DNA of 64,000 nt from NCBI GenBank assembly GCA_051294375.1, contig CM119270.1, forward strand, positions 15,623,845 through 15,687,844, read 5' to 3'. The notes below the pieces were generated by a model. The model ran no database searches. It was not told the origin of the DNA and saw only the letters and a list, made by a program, of their open reading frames with translations. The position numbers and the translations under genes are program-made. Positions 39,262 through 52,906 of this stretch are shown here, piece by piece (position 1 is the stretch's first letter; every line of letters starts with the position of its first letter). The stretch comes from Paraspadella gotoi. Its lineage: Eukaryota; Animalia; Chaetognatha.

Positions 39262-39765
39262 CTGTGAAAAGCGGTCAGATTCCAGGTCCAAACGTCTTTT
39301 ATCTATTACTTTTGATTTCATCAAATAAATATTTATCAAAGACATATGTTGTTTAGGGGAAGGATTCGTCGATTAAATATCATTTTTTGTAGATATTTTA
39401 TATAAGTATTGAATACCATAAACTTTTTAGGTCAATATAAACGTCAAATAGTTATAAATGTTTCGTATCACGCCAAATTGAAGTCCCTGTACACAAATCT
39501 TAGTTCTTAGCTCAGTTTTTATCAATGTCCACTGTTTCATTTTTATGTATCCTTTTGCATAGTTTTGGTTCCAGCCATCAATTTTTAAATACATCACAGC
39601 CTTCAACTACGTAATTCATTCCAGATTCATTCATTAATAATTCATTCTTAATTCATTCATCTCTTATCGATCTCGCTAACTCTGAACGCTCAAGATCTCA
39701 TTAACACGTATCCAGTGAATCCCCGACGTCCATTCACAACGTCTTTAACTCTGACATCGCATCAC

Positions 39766-39933
39766 CTGCTTGGTCCTGATGAGATCCGTGGCGCATCCGT
39801 CACAGATGATGAGAAGCACGAAATAATCTTTGGCTTCTTGTTTCTCCTTCGCGAATTGAGCGATGAGTTTGATTACGGGTCCGAAATTCGTCGGACCGTA
39901 AAGTTCCACCGTTTCCAAGCAACGCTGATAGGC
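39766..39933 (-). CDS. CPNE: Copine vWA exon AYQRCLETVELYGPTNFGPVIKLIAQFAKEKQEAKDYFVLLIICDGCATDLIRTKQ
   Basis: tgctcag| acceptor and CAG|gtgatg donor; 168 nt. Matches LYGPTNF and YFVLLIITDG. Confidence 0.95.
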
Positions 39934-40557
39934 CTGAGCAAAAGGGAGGGGGGCGTGGGGCGGCGGATGGAATGAGATGCGGAGAGTCGTTTTGGGAATT
40001 GAAGGCGGCGGAAATCGTGATGCGAGGCGCCTAGTTATGCGATGTGAGGCGCCAAAATTGGAGATGTTTAAATGAAGGAAATGTGACTTTTTGGCCTAAA
40101 GGTTGCGATGTTTATTACATCCATGATTAATCCGAAGGAGTGGAGAAATTTAAAAGCATTAATCTATCTATTGGATAAATTCGTGAGGATTTTCTTTAAT
40201 TTTTTGCGAACAAACCAATTTTCACAGACAAGTTTTTTTATTCGAACTACAACAAAAAACCTATACATCGTAATAAAACGAGGCTGAACACGTCAATCAG
40301 TCAAAGGTTAAAACGTCGCAAATTTAAAAACCTAACCTCGTCACAAGTCGACAATTCAGATAGAGAGTCCGAAGGTCAAAAGGTCAAAAGGTCAAACAAG
40401 GTCGCGCAACATATTCTGTTATTGAGAAATTAGCGATTCAAGAGGCGGCGAAAAGAAGGGCTCTTTCTTTCTTTCTTTCTTTCTTTTTCTCTTTCTCTCT
40501 TTCTTTCTTTCTTTTTTTTTCTCTTTCTCTCTTTCTTTCTTTCTTTCTTGTTTTTTC

Positions 40558-40620
<63 letters not shown>

Positions 40621-41094
40621 GTCTCTTGCTCCCTTTACTTCATTTTCTATATTTTTCATTTTTTTCTTCAACGTTTCATTTTCCTCTCTCTCTCCTATCC
40701 ACCCCCCCCCAAAAAAAGGACATAAACTTAAAAAAAAAAGAAGAAGAAAACTTGCATTAGGAATAAATCATCCCCTTCTTATAAATTCGTCACCCTGACT
40801 GACCCGACGCCATCGCGCGTGACCCGAATAATTCGACCTCACTCTTTTTCCTTTCGCGATCCTCACCTTTTTTTTAAACACATTTCCTTTTTTCTTCTTT
40901 CTCTCTTCTCTTTCGACTCAGTTCTCACTCGATTCGTCAAGAAGAAGAAAAAAAAATCATCTTTTATCTTTTATTCTTTTTTTTTCAATACTTTTTTCTT
41001 CTTTTTTTTTCATTCAATTTTTCTACAGCCCCCCCGCCCAGCCCCCCGCCCCTCCCTGTTCCCCCCTTTTCTTCTCTCCAATCTCGTACTCACG

Positions 41095-41119
41095 NNNNNN
41101 NNNNNNNNNNNNNNNNNNN
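41095..41119. other. Assembly gap, exactly 25 N
   Basis: Counted N run. Confidence 0.99.
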
Positions 41120-44100
41120 TGTTGTGAGAGAGATGCGCAGGCTCTGAGAAGTCGAAACCCCCAGAAAGAAACCCCAATGAGGTACGAGGCACCACAGGGG
41201 CATTGGGCCCCATTATCCGCCGTGAACTACAAGGCATTTTTTTCTTTTTTTTTGAGCAAAGTAGTAATTAGTTCAAACGGCGAATGGAGTTTGAGGAGTT
41301 GTGGAAAGGCAAATTCTTCTTGAGATTGGAAGGCCCAGGACAGATCAGGAAGAGGGGACGAGGATGTTGAGTTAAAGCATACCTTAACGTAACCAGTTAA
41401 AACGTTAAATGTAAAACAGTCAAAATATTTTCTCCCAAAAAACAGCAAAAAAAAAATATAGAGGAGAGAGCAGAAAAATAAGAGTAAAACCTCGGAAAGA
41501 ATCGCCGTTGATCTCGGATCGCGGAGAGTCGATCGCATATGGAAACGATAATAGTGAATAGGCAAGAATCTCTAGTATGAGACAATAATTAGAGATAAAC
41601 TATCTTTTAAAAACAAAAATATAAACATCAAACATTTGTATCCTTGAGATTACCTACTTAACTATCTAATTAAGAATAGAATCTATAGGTGATGAAAGAA
41701 ATATGCCCACCCTATCACCCTCTACGACCTTCCCCCCCCCCCTCTTTACTAAACAAATGAAAAACTGAATACAAAAATCCTGGACCAAAGATCAACAGTG
41801 CTAAAATAAAAGGAAAAAGAAAGAAAAAATTATTGAAAAGTCTTCGAACGAGCGCGAGCGAAAACAATAGTATTAAAGTATATGGTTCAGGAAGAGCATG
41901 GATCGGGAAAGAGGATTTCACTGCACACAGAGAGAAAAATAAGTTCCGGTTGCGCCAAAAATTAAAAAATATAAAAACTAGTTGATAGTAAAGTCGAATA
42001 AAATAAACTATATGTGTGCTACAAAGTAAACATGTGTTATAATAAAACAAAACAAAAACACTAAATAAACAAACAAATCGAATGAATATAAAAACTTTTC
42101 GATTTGTGGCATCGCCGCTTTAACGATGTTGTTATTTAGCATGATGATAAATTTTCTCTTCCTCTCTCCTTAGGGAGTACTCTATGACTGTTGACTGTAC
42201 TACCATAAGCAACTGATAAATACAATAAATTAAAGAAATAAAAGAAAACAAAAAAAAAACTCGCCGAAAATAAAAAAAAACAATGACAGTGTAATAAGAA
42301 AGATAGCCACTGACCAAACGGTCCCATCCCACCCCCACCCTCCCTCACCCCACCACAAATCCACCAAGCCCTCCTCCCCTCCGTCCCCCCCTCCTCCCGC
42401 GAATTGCATACTAGCCGAGAATAGAAAAAAATTAAGTAAAAGAAAGAATGTTAGAAACAAACAATTGAAAATTAAAAGCTCCAAATAAAGCAGATATAAA
42501 AAAAACAACAAACTAATAACAAAAAAAAAGTCTGAACATAAACAAATAAGAAATAAACAGAAAGCAGAAACAAAGTAAAAATGTTACGAGCCCTCCCCCC
42601 CCTTCTCCTTGTCTGCCTCCCTTTTCTCCTTCCCTTCCCACCAATGCCGTACTGGAATTCGACTGTTTCGACCCTAGATTCAAAAAACAGTCTAATTCCC
42701 AACACTTAGAACATTTGCGTAGACAGTATCCGCAGCACCAACAGTTTGAAGCACTATCATATAGCTTCCAGACCATTTGGCAAGGAGATAATTGGCTCTA
42801 TGTCCTGGCTTCCCGCTATGGACACGTATCCCTTAATGAACTAGAATCAAAAGCTTGAAAGAGGGCTAGTGGCAGTTGTAGTTGGCGACACCTGCCATGT
42901 TTAATCCGTTGCCATGCAACATGGTAGACCCAATAAAACAGAGACAAATGATTTCCTCCCTAAACCGTGATGCTTACCAAATAGGCGAAATAAAATACCT
43001 AGATATTCAACTTCCATTTCTCATTCCGATGAGCCCCAGATTAGACTGTAAAGAAAAACAAAATCAGGACACACCGCATTTAGAAAAGCGCAGAAACAAT
43101 TGAAATAGGGACTTCATGAGTCACACTCTTCGTGTGATGGACAAGGGCCTTTTTGTTGGGGACTTGATGGGATGACGGTCACCGGTCTTTTTTAACTCGG
43201 CATCAGTACAAAACTGTATTGAGATGGCAAGAGAATTTGAAATGCCGATCACTCCCCTCACGGCCTACCCTACAACATTAGATATTTGTGGCCAAAACTT
43301 TACAATCGGGCATGATCTTGCGGCTTACACTACATTGTTCCATCATAGTAGCCCTAGCCCGACTGTACCAGAGGCATTACACCTTAAGTGCTAGCACTGG
43401 TTTCTAGTTTTTTAAAATCCTAGTGGATTATGAGAAATATCTAAAGAAGCAAAAGCTCAACAAACCCCACCATGCTATGAAACCCAGCTTCCACTCACCC
43501 CTCCCCCCTCACGGCCCGGACCTAGAAGAAATCGTTAGGAAAATAAACAATTGAGTCACTCAACTCATATCAACAGACTGAAAGAAGTGGAGGCAGCCCT
43601 GCAGTCCATTAGCCAGCGCAGTGGTCCCCAGAGCGGCCCTTGGCCATCGAAGAGCCCTCACGAGAGCTTGGACGCGGCGTCGTCCGCGCTCGCCCATCAT
43701 CGCTTGAATGAACTCATGGCGTGCGTGATGGCACGGGCGCGCCCAATCAACGTCAACTCCCAATCCGTAGCGTCAGGAAAGAAATGAGAACGTTTCTACG
43801 TCTCGCCAAAAAAAATAAAAAGAAAAAAAAGTAACGCCCACCCGTACTATCATCCCATATATCAATTATTTTCTAAAAACTTTGAACTCTGATCAATCGC
43901 CAATCATCACCTGTGTCATCCCGATTATATGAGTATTAATTGTGAATTTATTGTACCGATTATTTTTTTTGAGTTCGTCATTGATTACATTTCGTTTGAA
44001 TCCACAATTCTCTCCCTTGTATTGTTTACGTAAACCCTCACGTTCATTTACATCCACCCCTTTTTTTTTTTTCTTACCTCCTCCAGTCGATTAATATTTC

Positions 44101-44594
44101 CCATTCCCCCCCCCCGATGATTTCGTATTTGTATTTGTTCTATTCCCCCCCCTCGATTGATGTCCCCCCCACCCTCTCTCTCCTCTCTCTCTCTCGGCGA
44201 CATGCACCCGCTCTCAGCACGGTTAAGCACACTCACCACGCACCACCACGATAGACGTCTCACGCCATTTCAGGGCCTGTTCGATACGCCCATCTCGGCC
44301 AAAGAGAGGGCACAGAAAGAACCGATAGGTTTTCGCCAACCATTGGCAAACGTTTCCTCATCATTCTTCTTCTCCTCCTCCCCCTCTCCCGGGATCAGGC
44401 TCGAGTCCAGGGTTTAGGTTTTTCATTCACGCTTTTTCTCTCTTTTCTCTCTCACCCTCCCTCTCCGTTCAGTCCTCTGTACATTTTTTTTTACCGCGAC
44501 TTTAGCTTACATCCCTATTATTTCCTTTCCCACCATTTCCCCCCCGTCTTTACTTACCTTAGATTTCAGTCAGACTTACCGACCTAGTTAGAGA
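41120..44594 (+). mobile_element. Unidentified 3.5-kb segment attached only to the second duplicate copy; probable insertion with frameshifted coding-like sequence at ~42580-43790
   Basis: Replaces the sequence left of 35716 at a TTAA. Lacks the long (AG)n tracts of the flanks. Has successive plus-strand open stretches. Family not recognised. Confidence 0.4.
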
Positions 44595-44976
44595 TTAATT
44601 CAGTGATTCTTAGCTTTCTTAAGCAACCATTCAAGTAAATGCGTAGTTTTGTCTTCACGGCGACAGAAGCGAATTTGTTATTTCTCCCTATGTATCTTGG
44701 ATATCTTAGAAGCAGACAATCTGAGACTAATTCGACCTCGTTTCGTTTTCTTGACCGCACCGCCACGGGTTGGCAACGAAGCGTCGGCGATTCTCATTTG
44801 AAATGTTATTCCACTGAAAAGATGTTCCATCTTAGAAACGAAGCGTTTGTATCTAAGTACCTTATCTTTATCAAGCGTCCTAAGTCAAATGAAGACCTTT
44901 CCGTTGGACTTACTTCACATCGATTACTGACTTATCTGTAAACTATATCCTATATACAATCAGCCCCTCCTCCAAC

Positions 44977-47900
44977 CTGATAAGCAACAAAGCGGCGGTC
45001 CCATCTCCGAAGCCCGTCGCGGCGGAGCAGCGTTTGACGGCGGAGCCATTGCGACGCTCCTTCAGAACCATCCACGTCAATTCAGTTGGTCTGTGGAGGA
45101 AATTTGAGAGAAATATGGACTTACAATTGGGGAGGAAAAGAAATAAGTTAGGGAAAATTCGAGAAGGAAATACAATTGAGAAAGGAAAGGAAAGAAAATT
45201 GAGACGAGAAGATGAAGGAGAGAAGATACGGGAGGTTCTAAAGGAGAAGAAGATTAGGAAAGTGGAGAAGAAATAGAATGAGCAAGAAAAGGAAAATAAG
45301 ATAGAATCTTGCAGAAGGAATAAGAATTGGGAGAGAAAAAGGAAGAAGATTAGGAAATTGGAGAAGTATTAGAATTTGGGACGGAAAATAGAGGAAGATA
45401 AGAAAAGAAATTGGGAAGAAATTGAATTGGGAGAGAAAAGGAAAGAAAATGAGGAATTAGAAAATTAGAAATTAGAATAAGGTAGGAAAAGGAGAGAAAG
45501 ATTTAGGAAATTGGGGAAGAAATTAGAATTGAGCTAGAAAAGGAGAGAAAGATTAGGAACCAAGGAGAAAAAGGTGAGAAGGAATCGAAGAATGACGAGA
45601 GACAAAATAAAATGAAAAGGCGATGGAGAAAGAAAATTTTGGAAGGAAGAAGCAGGAAGGCAATAGGAAAAATATAAAGGTATAGAGACCAAAAAGGATT
45701 AATGTGGGAACGGAAGAATACGAAGAGAAAGAAAGGGAGGAGTAAAGAATAAGGCGTAGGTAAAATTTCTTAATTTAACTTTAATTAAAAATTCTAAAAG
45801 TGAGAACGAAACAACATTATACTAATGAACATTTATGTAATAACAATTTATTAATAAAATTTTCCAATTACGCAGTAGGCCATATTTATTTACTAGTACT
45901 AAATCATAATGTTAAAAATTTCAAACAGTTTCTTTTCTAAGATTTTTTATGCAGATTTGGATTCGTTATAAAAAGTTGATAAAAAGAATACTAACTCTTT
46001 TGAAAAATCCTTCATTAAGTGGGTCACAAAATTAGAAAAAGCTACTATTTTAAGTAAAAGTTATTTTTATTATTAAATATAGTTTTTTAATTTTTAACGC
46101 CACTAATGAAAAATTTTTAAAATGATTTATATTTTCTTTTATCAACTTTTGCGAGAATTCAAATCTTGCAATCAAAATTAAGAAAAGCCTATTTAAAATT
46201 TGTTCGATTTTATTAAGATAATACTATATAAATATAATATGGCCTACCGCGAAAATTAAAAACAAAAATTATTTTTTTTACAATTACTGTTCACTGATCG
46301 TATATTTGTTCAAATTGACTTTTAAATTTTCGTATTTAACTTTCACTAACGCCTTAGTAAGAAAGAGACTAAAAGAAAGAAATAAATTAAGTGGAAAAAC
46401 AGAAGAAAGAAAAAAGAGACAGAGAATTAAGACGAGAAACGATGGGAGAAAATGAGCGAATGGAAGGAATGAAATGAATAGATGAAGAAAAAGGAAATAA
46501 AAGGAATATGAATAGATGAAGGACATGTTAAGAAATTATGGGGGCGTAAAAGGGAAATAGGGGGGGGCAGGGAAGGAAGAACGGGGGAGAAAAGGGTGGA
46601 AGAGGAAGGGAGTAAGAAAAAGTCATTGAAAGCGGGACGAGCGAAGAAGATTGGGTTTCTGAAAGCCGAACGCAACATGAGAACTATGAAGAAAGGGTCG
46701 AAGGCAGCGGTGAGGAGGTGAGGAGGTGAGGAGTGTAGCGGAAGTGAGTTTCGCTCTCGACACCTGAACGGGTCACGCCTAACTATCGCCGAGGTGGTGA
46801 CCCTAGAAATAGGTCTAGAACTCCGGAGCAACAAGACTTGACGGGATGGACCCGGGTCATGACCCGGACAAAATGGGTCTAGTCAGCGCGATAGGATATG
46901 CGACGACGAGACGACGACGACATGACCTTGAACGTTAGAAACGATGTCGATGGCGCACAATGACGACGACAACGAGGCAATGACCTGTCAAAAGAAAAAA
47001 AAACGTCCTAAAACTCTCTTTCTCTCTCTCTCTCTCTTCACTTCTCTCTCTCTCTTCTCTCTTCTCTTCTTTCTCTCTCTCTCTCTCTTCCCTCCCCTCA
47101 CAGAATGTATTGCAGCAAGGCCTTGGTGATTGCGGCCTGTGAATTTTCGACGTGGCCTCCGGGTCCCTGGTTTAGTTCGAGTAGAGATCGAACTGGACGT
47201 TTTCATTTCGGCGCGACACTTTCCACCTGACGGGTGAACGATGAAGAATGGGAAAGTTGAGGTGTTGAGAAAAAAAAAGGAAATGAGCAATTAATAAGAT
47301 GATAAATGATGCGGAATGGGGAGGAGACGAAAAATACGAAGGTGAATATCGAACAAAAAATTATGAGATGAAAAAAGACAAGAAAATAACGAAAAGAAAA
47401 ATTATATTTTTATTAAATTTCACAGCTTCTGTAACAGATGACTTTGTACAGTTCTGAGGAACTTAATCTTTTCGTAATTCAAAGATCCAAAAATCTCTCC
47501 CTCCACCGGACTCACCGATCTCTGTGGTTTTTCTGCCTTAATTTCAGCACTTCAAAATGTTAAAATCGTTTTATTGCTTTACATTGTACTTGACATTCAT
47601 ATACACTATCGCACAGTCTACTATCGCACTATTATCACTGTATCAATATCGAACCCGCACTGTGAATTTTCTGCCTAACAAAGATTGTCTGTATTTTACC
47701 TTACCATCACCTCCTATGTAATGTAATTTTTCTGCCTCACCTCACATTTTCAAATTTCGCATGTGGCTTTGACTTTCAGTATCAAACCCGCACTGTGGCC
47801 CTTTTTTGCCCCTCACCTTTAACTTTCCAATATCAAACCCGCACTGTGCCTTTTCTGCCCCTCACCTTTTAACTTTCACTATCAAACCGATGTGCTTTGC

Positions 47901-48862
47901 TGCCTCTCACTTTGGACTTTCAAATCAAACCCGCGACTGTGCCTTTTCTGCCCTCACTTTGATTTCCATATCAACCCGCACTGTGCCTTCTTCCTGCCCT
48001 CACCTTAACTTTCAAATATCAACCCGCACTGTGGCCTTTTCTGCCCCTCACCGTTGAATGTCGAATGACGACCGACTTTCCGTCGCACTGCAGCAGGTCT
48101 CTATTCCGCAAAGTCCTTGGTCGTCGCCGACGCCCCCGATGAACGATGAAAGCGGAAGCGGCGAGCAGCTACGATTCGCCTGATGAAACAGCGGTCAGAT
48201 TCCAGGTCCAAACGTCTTTTATCTATTACTTTTGAATTTTCATCAAATAAACTATTTATAAACAATATGTTGGTTTAGGGGAAGTGATTCGTCGATTAAT
48301 ATCATTTGTTTGTAAGGATATTTATATAAAGTATATTGAATACCATAACCTTTTTAGCAATATAACGTCAAGATATAAATAAATTTTCGTATCACGCCCA
48401 AAATTGGAAGTCCCTGTAACAATCTTAGTTCTTAGCTCAGTTTTTATCATGTCCATTTTCATGTTTTTATGTATCCTTTTGCATAGTTTTGGTTCCAGCC
48501 ATCATTTTTAATACATCACAGCCTCCCAACTACGTAATTCATTCCAGATTTCATTCATTCATAATTCATTCTTAATCATTCATCTCCTTATATCTCGCTT
48601 AACTCTGAAAAAAGCATCAAGAATCTCAATTACCACGTATCCAAGTGAATCCCCGACGTCCATTCACATCGTCTTAACTCGAATCGCATCACCTGCTTCT
48701 GTCCTGATGAGATCGGCTGCGCCAATCCGTTCCCAGTGGATTGAGAAGCACGAAATAAATCTTGGTTCTTGTCTCCTTGCGGAATTGAGCTGGAGAGTTT
48801 GATAACGGTCCGGAAATTCGTCGGACCGTAAGTTCCACCGTTTCCAAGCAACGCTGATAGGC
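44977..48862 (-). pseudogene. Frameshifted duplicate of four copine exons (~48693-48862, ~48052-48179, ~47102-47226, ~44977-45090); most likely an uncorrected read or other haplotype rather than a true pseudogene
   Basis: Same exons and introns as 36105-39933, with scattered 1-nt indels in exons and introns alike. Confidence 0.75.
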
Positions 48863-50102
48863 CTGAGGCAAAAGGGATGGGGGGCGTGGGGCGGCGGATG
48901 GAATGAGATGCGGAGAGTCGTTTGTGGAATTGAAGGCGGGGAAAATCGTGATTGCGAGGCGCCTAGTTATGTGAGGCCCCAAATTGAGATGTTTAATTGA
49001 GGGGAAATGTGAACTTTTTGCCTAAAGGTGCTGATGCTTATTTAATCCATTGGATTAATCGAAGGAGTGGAGAAATTTAAAAGGCATCTAATCTATTATT
49101 GGATAAATTCGTGCAGGATTTTCTTTATTTTTTGCGAACCAAACCAATTCACCAGACAAGTTTTTACGAATACAAAAAAAACTATAACATCGTAATTAAA
49201 CGAGGCTGAACACGGTCAATCAGTCAAGTTAAATACGTCGCCCAAAGTTTAAAAAACCTAACCTGTCACAAGTACAATTCAGATAAGAGTCCGAAAGGTC
49301 AAAGTCAATAGTCAAACAAAGGTCGCGCAACATATTCTGTTATTGAGAAATTAGCGATTCAAGAGGCGCGAAAAAGAAGCGTCTTTTCTTCTTTTCTTTC
49401 TTTGTTTTTCTTTTTTCTTTCTTTTTCTTCTCTTTTTTCTTTTCTCTTCTTCTCTTGCTTCTTTCTTTCTTGTTTTTTTCTTTTCTTTTCTTTCTTTCTT
49501 TCCTCTTTCTTCTTTCTTTTTCTTTCTATTCTTCTTCTTCTGTCTCTTGCTCCTTTCCTTCATTCTTATTTTTCATTTTTCTTCAACGTTTCTTTTCCTC
49601 TCTCTCTCCTATCCACCCCCCCCCAAAAAAAAAGGACATAAACTATTAAAAAGAAAAAGAAAAGAAGAAGAAATTGCTTAGGAATAAATCTCCCCTTCTT
49701 ATAATTTCGTTCACCCTGACTGACCGACGCGGCATCGCGCGTGCCCGAATAAAATTCGACCTCAACTCTTTTTTCCTTTCGCGAATCCCTCACCTTTTTT
49801 TTAAACACATTTCCTTTTTTCCTTCTTTCTCTCTCTCTTTTCGACTCAGTTTCACTCGATTGTCAAGAGAGAGAAACAAATCATCTTTTATCTTTTTATT
49901 TCTTTTTTTTCATCATACTTTTTTTCTTCTTTTTACTCTATTCATTCAATTTTCTCTAACAGCCCCCCCAGCCCCCCACCCCTCCCTTTCCCCCTTTTCT
50001 TCTTCTCCAATCTCGTACTCACGTTACATTTGTCAGTACGCCTTAAAAAGTTAATCCGGTCTCCTCGTTCATCGAAGATTCTCTATTTGCATTTGCTTTT
50101 TT

Positions 50103-50328
50103 GCATCTTCAAAGCATCTTCAAAGCTTCTTCAAAGCATCTTCAAAGCATCTTCAAAGCATCTTCAAAGCTTTTTCAAAGTTTTTTCAAAGCACCTTCAA
50201 AGCATCTTCAGAGCAACTTCAAAGCATATTCAAAGCTTCTTCAAAGCTTCTAAAAAGCATCTTCAAAGCATCTTCTAAGCATCTTCTAAGCATCTTCTAA
50301 GCATCTTCTAAGCTTCTTCAAAGCATCA
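50103..50328. repeat. 11-bp tandem repeat (gcatcttcaaa)x~20
   Basis: Seen directly. Confidence 0.95.
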
Positions 50329-50743
50329 ATAATCACATTGGGTTAAAGAAACACCAAGCGCAGAAGTCACGGCCTCTTTTTCCATCTTCATCTCGAACCG
50401 TCCCCAAGTACCCCGTGTAAAAATACCTCAACTCGGCTCAAGATGGCCTCAATGACCTCAACAACCCCTCAAAGAGTGGCCTTGCCTAAAAGACCTCCTC
50501 CAACTACTCATAACTACCCTGAACAGCCTTCAAAGTATGAACTCACCTTAATTAACCCTTCTAACCTCGCTTAGCACCACTCCACAGTCCACACCCTTCG
50601 ACAGTGTGCCATCACGTTAATTACCCCTTCCGCTCATCTTAACACCTCTCCGCACTGCTCAAAGCGTGGCCTAGCTTTAATCAACACCTCCACCGTATTT
50701 AAAGACAACTCCCCACACCTCTCAACGGGCCCTGCCCCTTCAC

Positions 50744-50944
50744 CTGTATGACCCCCTCCACCCCGGTGCAGTAGGGGCTTTGCGGTTCCCCGTTGAGGGG
50801 GAACTCGTCGGCGACTCGTCCGTCGCTCCCGCCGGGAATGTTCATCGCGCCGAAGCCGAAGGCCGGGACGAGTTTGTCCGTGTCGTAGTCCGTGATGACG
50901 TTGCCCACCGCGCGAAGGACTTGTTCGTACTGGTTGGGGCGTTC
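50744..50944 (-). CDS. CPNE: Copine vWA exon ERPNQYEQVLRAVGNVITDYDTDKLVPAFGFGA...EFPLNGEPQSPYCTGVEGVIQ
   Basis: cgattag| acceptor and CAG|gtgaag donor; 201 nt. Matches DYDSDKxFPAxGFGA and FPLN...PxCxG. Confidence 0.97.
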
Positions 50945-51098
50945 CTAATCGAGGGGTGGAAGAGAAAGAGGCGAAAGGTGTACGGGGTTGCGTTAATTAT
51001 TGATTCAATAGATCTTTTTAAATCGTTAATCCGTATGTACATATTTTTGTTAAATTTAAAATTTTCAATGATGAGATTTTGATTGTAATAAATAGTTA

Positions 51099-51350
<252 letters not shown>

Positions 51351-51526
51351 TTAGCAGAAGAAAGTAGGGCAGACAGACAGATCGATATACAGACTGACAA
51401 ACAGAGAGTAAATTAAGTCCGCGAACTGAAAGACGTCGGGAATACTTTCAACAAGATCGGAACGGAACTTTCAAACGGACGGACGGACGGACGGACGGAC
51501 AAAGAAGGAAAAAGAAGAAAGTTTAC

Positions 51527-51707
51527 TTTGATGAAATCGATGAATGATTCTCCCTTGCTTATGAAGCACTTGAGGAGGGAAACAACGCCCGAGTTCTTGT
51601 AGTCTTTTTTCTTTGCTTTCTTCTTGGGGTTAATGAGTTTGTATCTGCGGTGGATGGGGTAACCGAAGACGAGCTCGCTCAGCGACGTCATGAAGAATCC
51701 GATGAAA
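51527..51707 (-). CDS. CPNE: Copine exon: end of C2B and linker FIGFFMTSLSEL...LINPKKKAKKKDYKNSGVVSL...SFIDFIK
   Basis: cccaacag| acceptor and AAA|gtaaac donor; 181 nt, phase 2-0. INPKKK..K.YKNSG motif. Confidence 0.96.
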
Positions 51708-52778
51708 CTGTTGGGTGGTCGGCGTGGGGGGGGTTGTGGTTGGGGGGGTGGGGGTATTGAGTGGGTAGGGGAGGAAAAGGGGTGGAGAAATGGGGTTAGG
51801 GGAAGAAAGGGGAAAATTTTAAAGAATTGAGTGAATGGGGGGAAAAAGCAAAATAATCGTTCGAATAAGAAAAAAAACACAAATTTTCTAAAACTGGTAT
51901 TAAAATTTTTTCTTTTGTTTTTGTTTTGTTTTGTTTTTTTTTTTTTTTTTAGATTAAAGGAATCGAAAAGTTTTCAAGAGAGTAAATGAGAAGTAAGGAT
52001 GAGCGTTTAAATGTTTAGGAAAACAAAATGGCGCTGGAACAGAAAAGGTTCGTTCCTTCTCCTTTTATTTTCTTCTTTTTTTTTTTCTTTAATTTACTTT
52101 GATTGGAATCGAATCGGCCATTTTGAACTCGATTTCCTTTCGAGACGACGGATTCAGTTCAGCCTTTTAATTTGCATAAATCTTTATTAATTATTCTCCG
52201 CGACCGGCGGTCGAGAGGCGAGACGGAGATCGCCGAGTCTTGTGGTCGAGAGGGGTCGCGGGTTCGAGGCACCCTGCCGGGTTCTATCCATACCCGATAA
52301 TGGACCGCCTAATTCCGAATAAAGTTTCGGCAATGACCTTTTTTACTCGGTGCCTATAAAGTATGTAGGCCACTGGGTATTTAAAAGGACGCGTAGGGAT
52401 GAATGTAGATTGTCTCTCCGATGAATATAGTTGGACTCGTTAAGAACTTCTCGTCGCGTCATGAATGATTCATACGTAATTGAGAACAGGCGTCGTGGGT
52501 GCTTAAAAATTACTTCGGTTCATAGACTTAAAGAATCGGTCGTTAGGTATTAGTACTAAAACCTCATTTACATTTAAATACAGGGTCCAATTGACTTATA
52601 AATATAGACTATAAAAGGTTAAGAAGAAATGTTTTTCTGCAATGTCCGGAAAAACCATTCAGTTACCAGTTAGTATTAACATTAAAAGTTACCAAAAACA
52701 AGTTAGTCTTTACATCGTAATCCTTAAGTAATTCCTTATTATCACTTACCTTTGGTCAAACTCTCCATAATCCCTTAC

Positions 52779-52906
52779 CTGTGAACGCCGCTCATGTTCC
52801 AGTCGAAGCATTCTATCTTCAACGGAGTTTCGTAATTCCCGTCGCTCAGTTCCAAAACCGGGATTTCGAAAGTCCTCCAGACCGGGTTTAACGAGGAGTA
52901 GACCAC
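52779..52906 (-). CDS. CPNE: Copine C2B exon VVYSSLNPVWRTFEIPVLELSDGNYETPLKIECFDWNMSGVHS
   Basis: ttttcccag| acceptor and CAG|gtaagg donor; 128 nt, phase 0-2. Contains LNPVW and ECFDW. Confidence 0.93.

Larger units (their letters stand above)
35716..50022 (+). repeat. ~5.4-kb direct duplication: cleaner copy 35716-41094 and indel-rich copy 44595-50022
   Basis: Both begin ttaattcagtgattcttagc and end ctcgtactcacg. Copy 1 stops at a 25-N gap; copy 2 continues into unique copine sequence. Confidence 0.93.

Noticed and set aside
44977-48862. Real duplication of copine vWA exons
   Set aside because: Indel-dominated differences spread over exons and introns beside a 25-N gap point to an uncorrected read or alternate haplotype.
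52203-52285. tRNA-like A/B boxes (also ~6885-6945 and ~54925-54990)
   Set aside because: No cloverleaf and boxes imperfect; at most decayed SINE heads.
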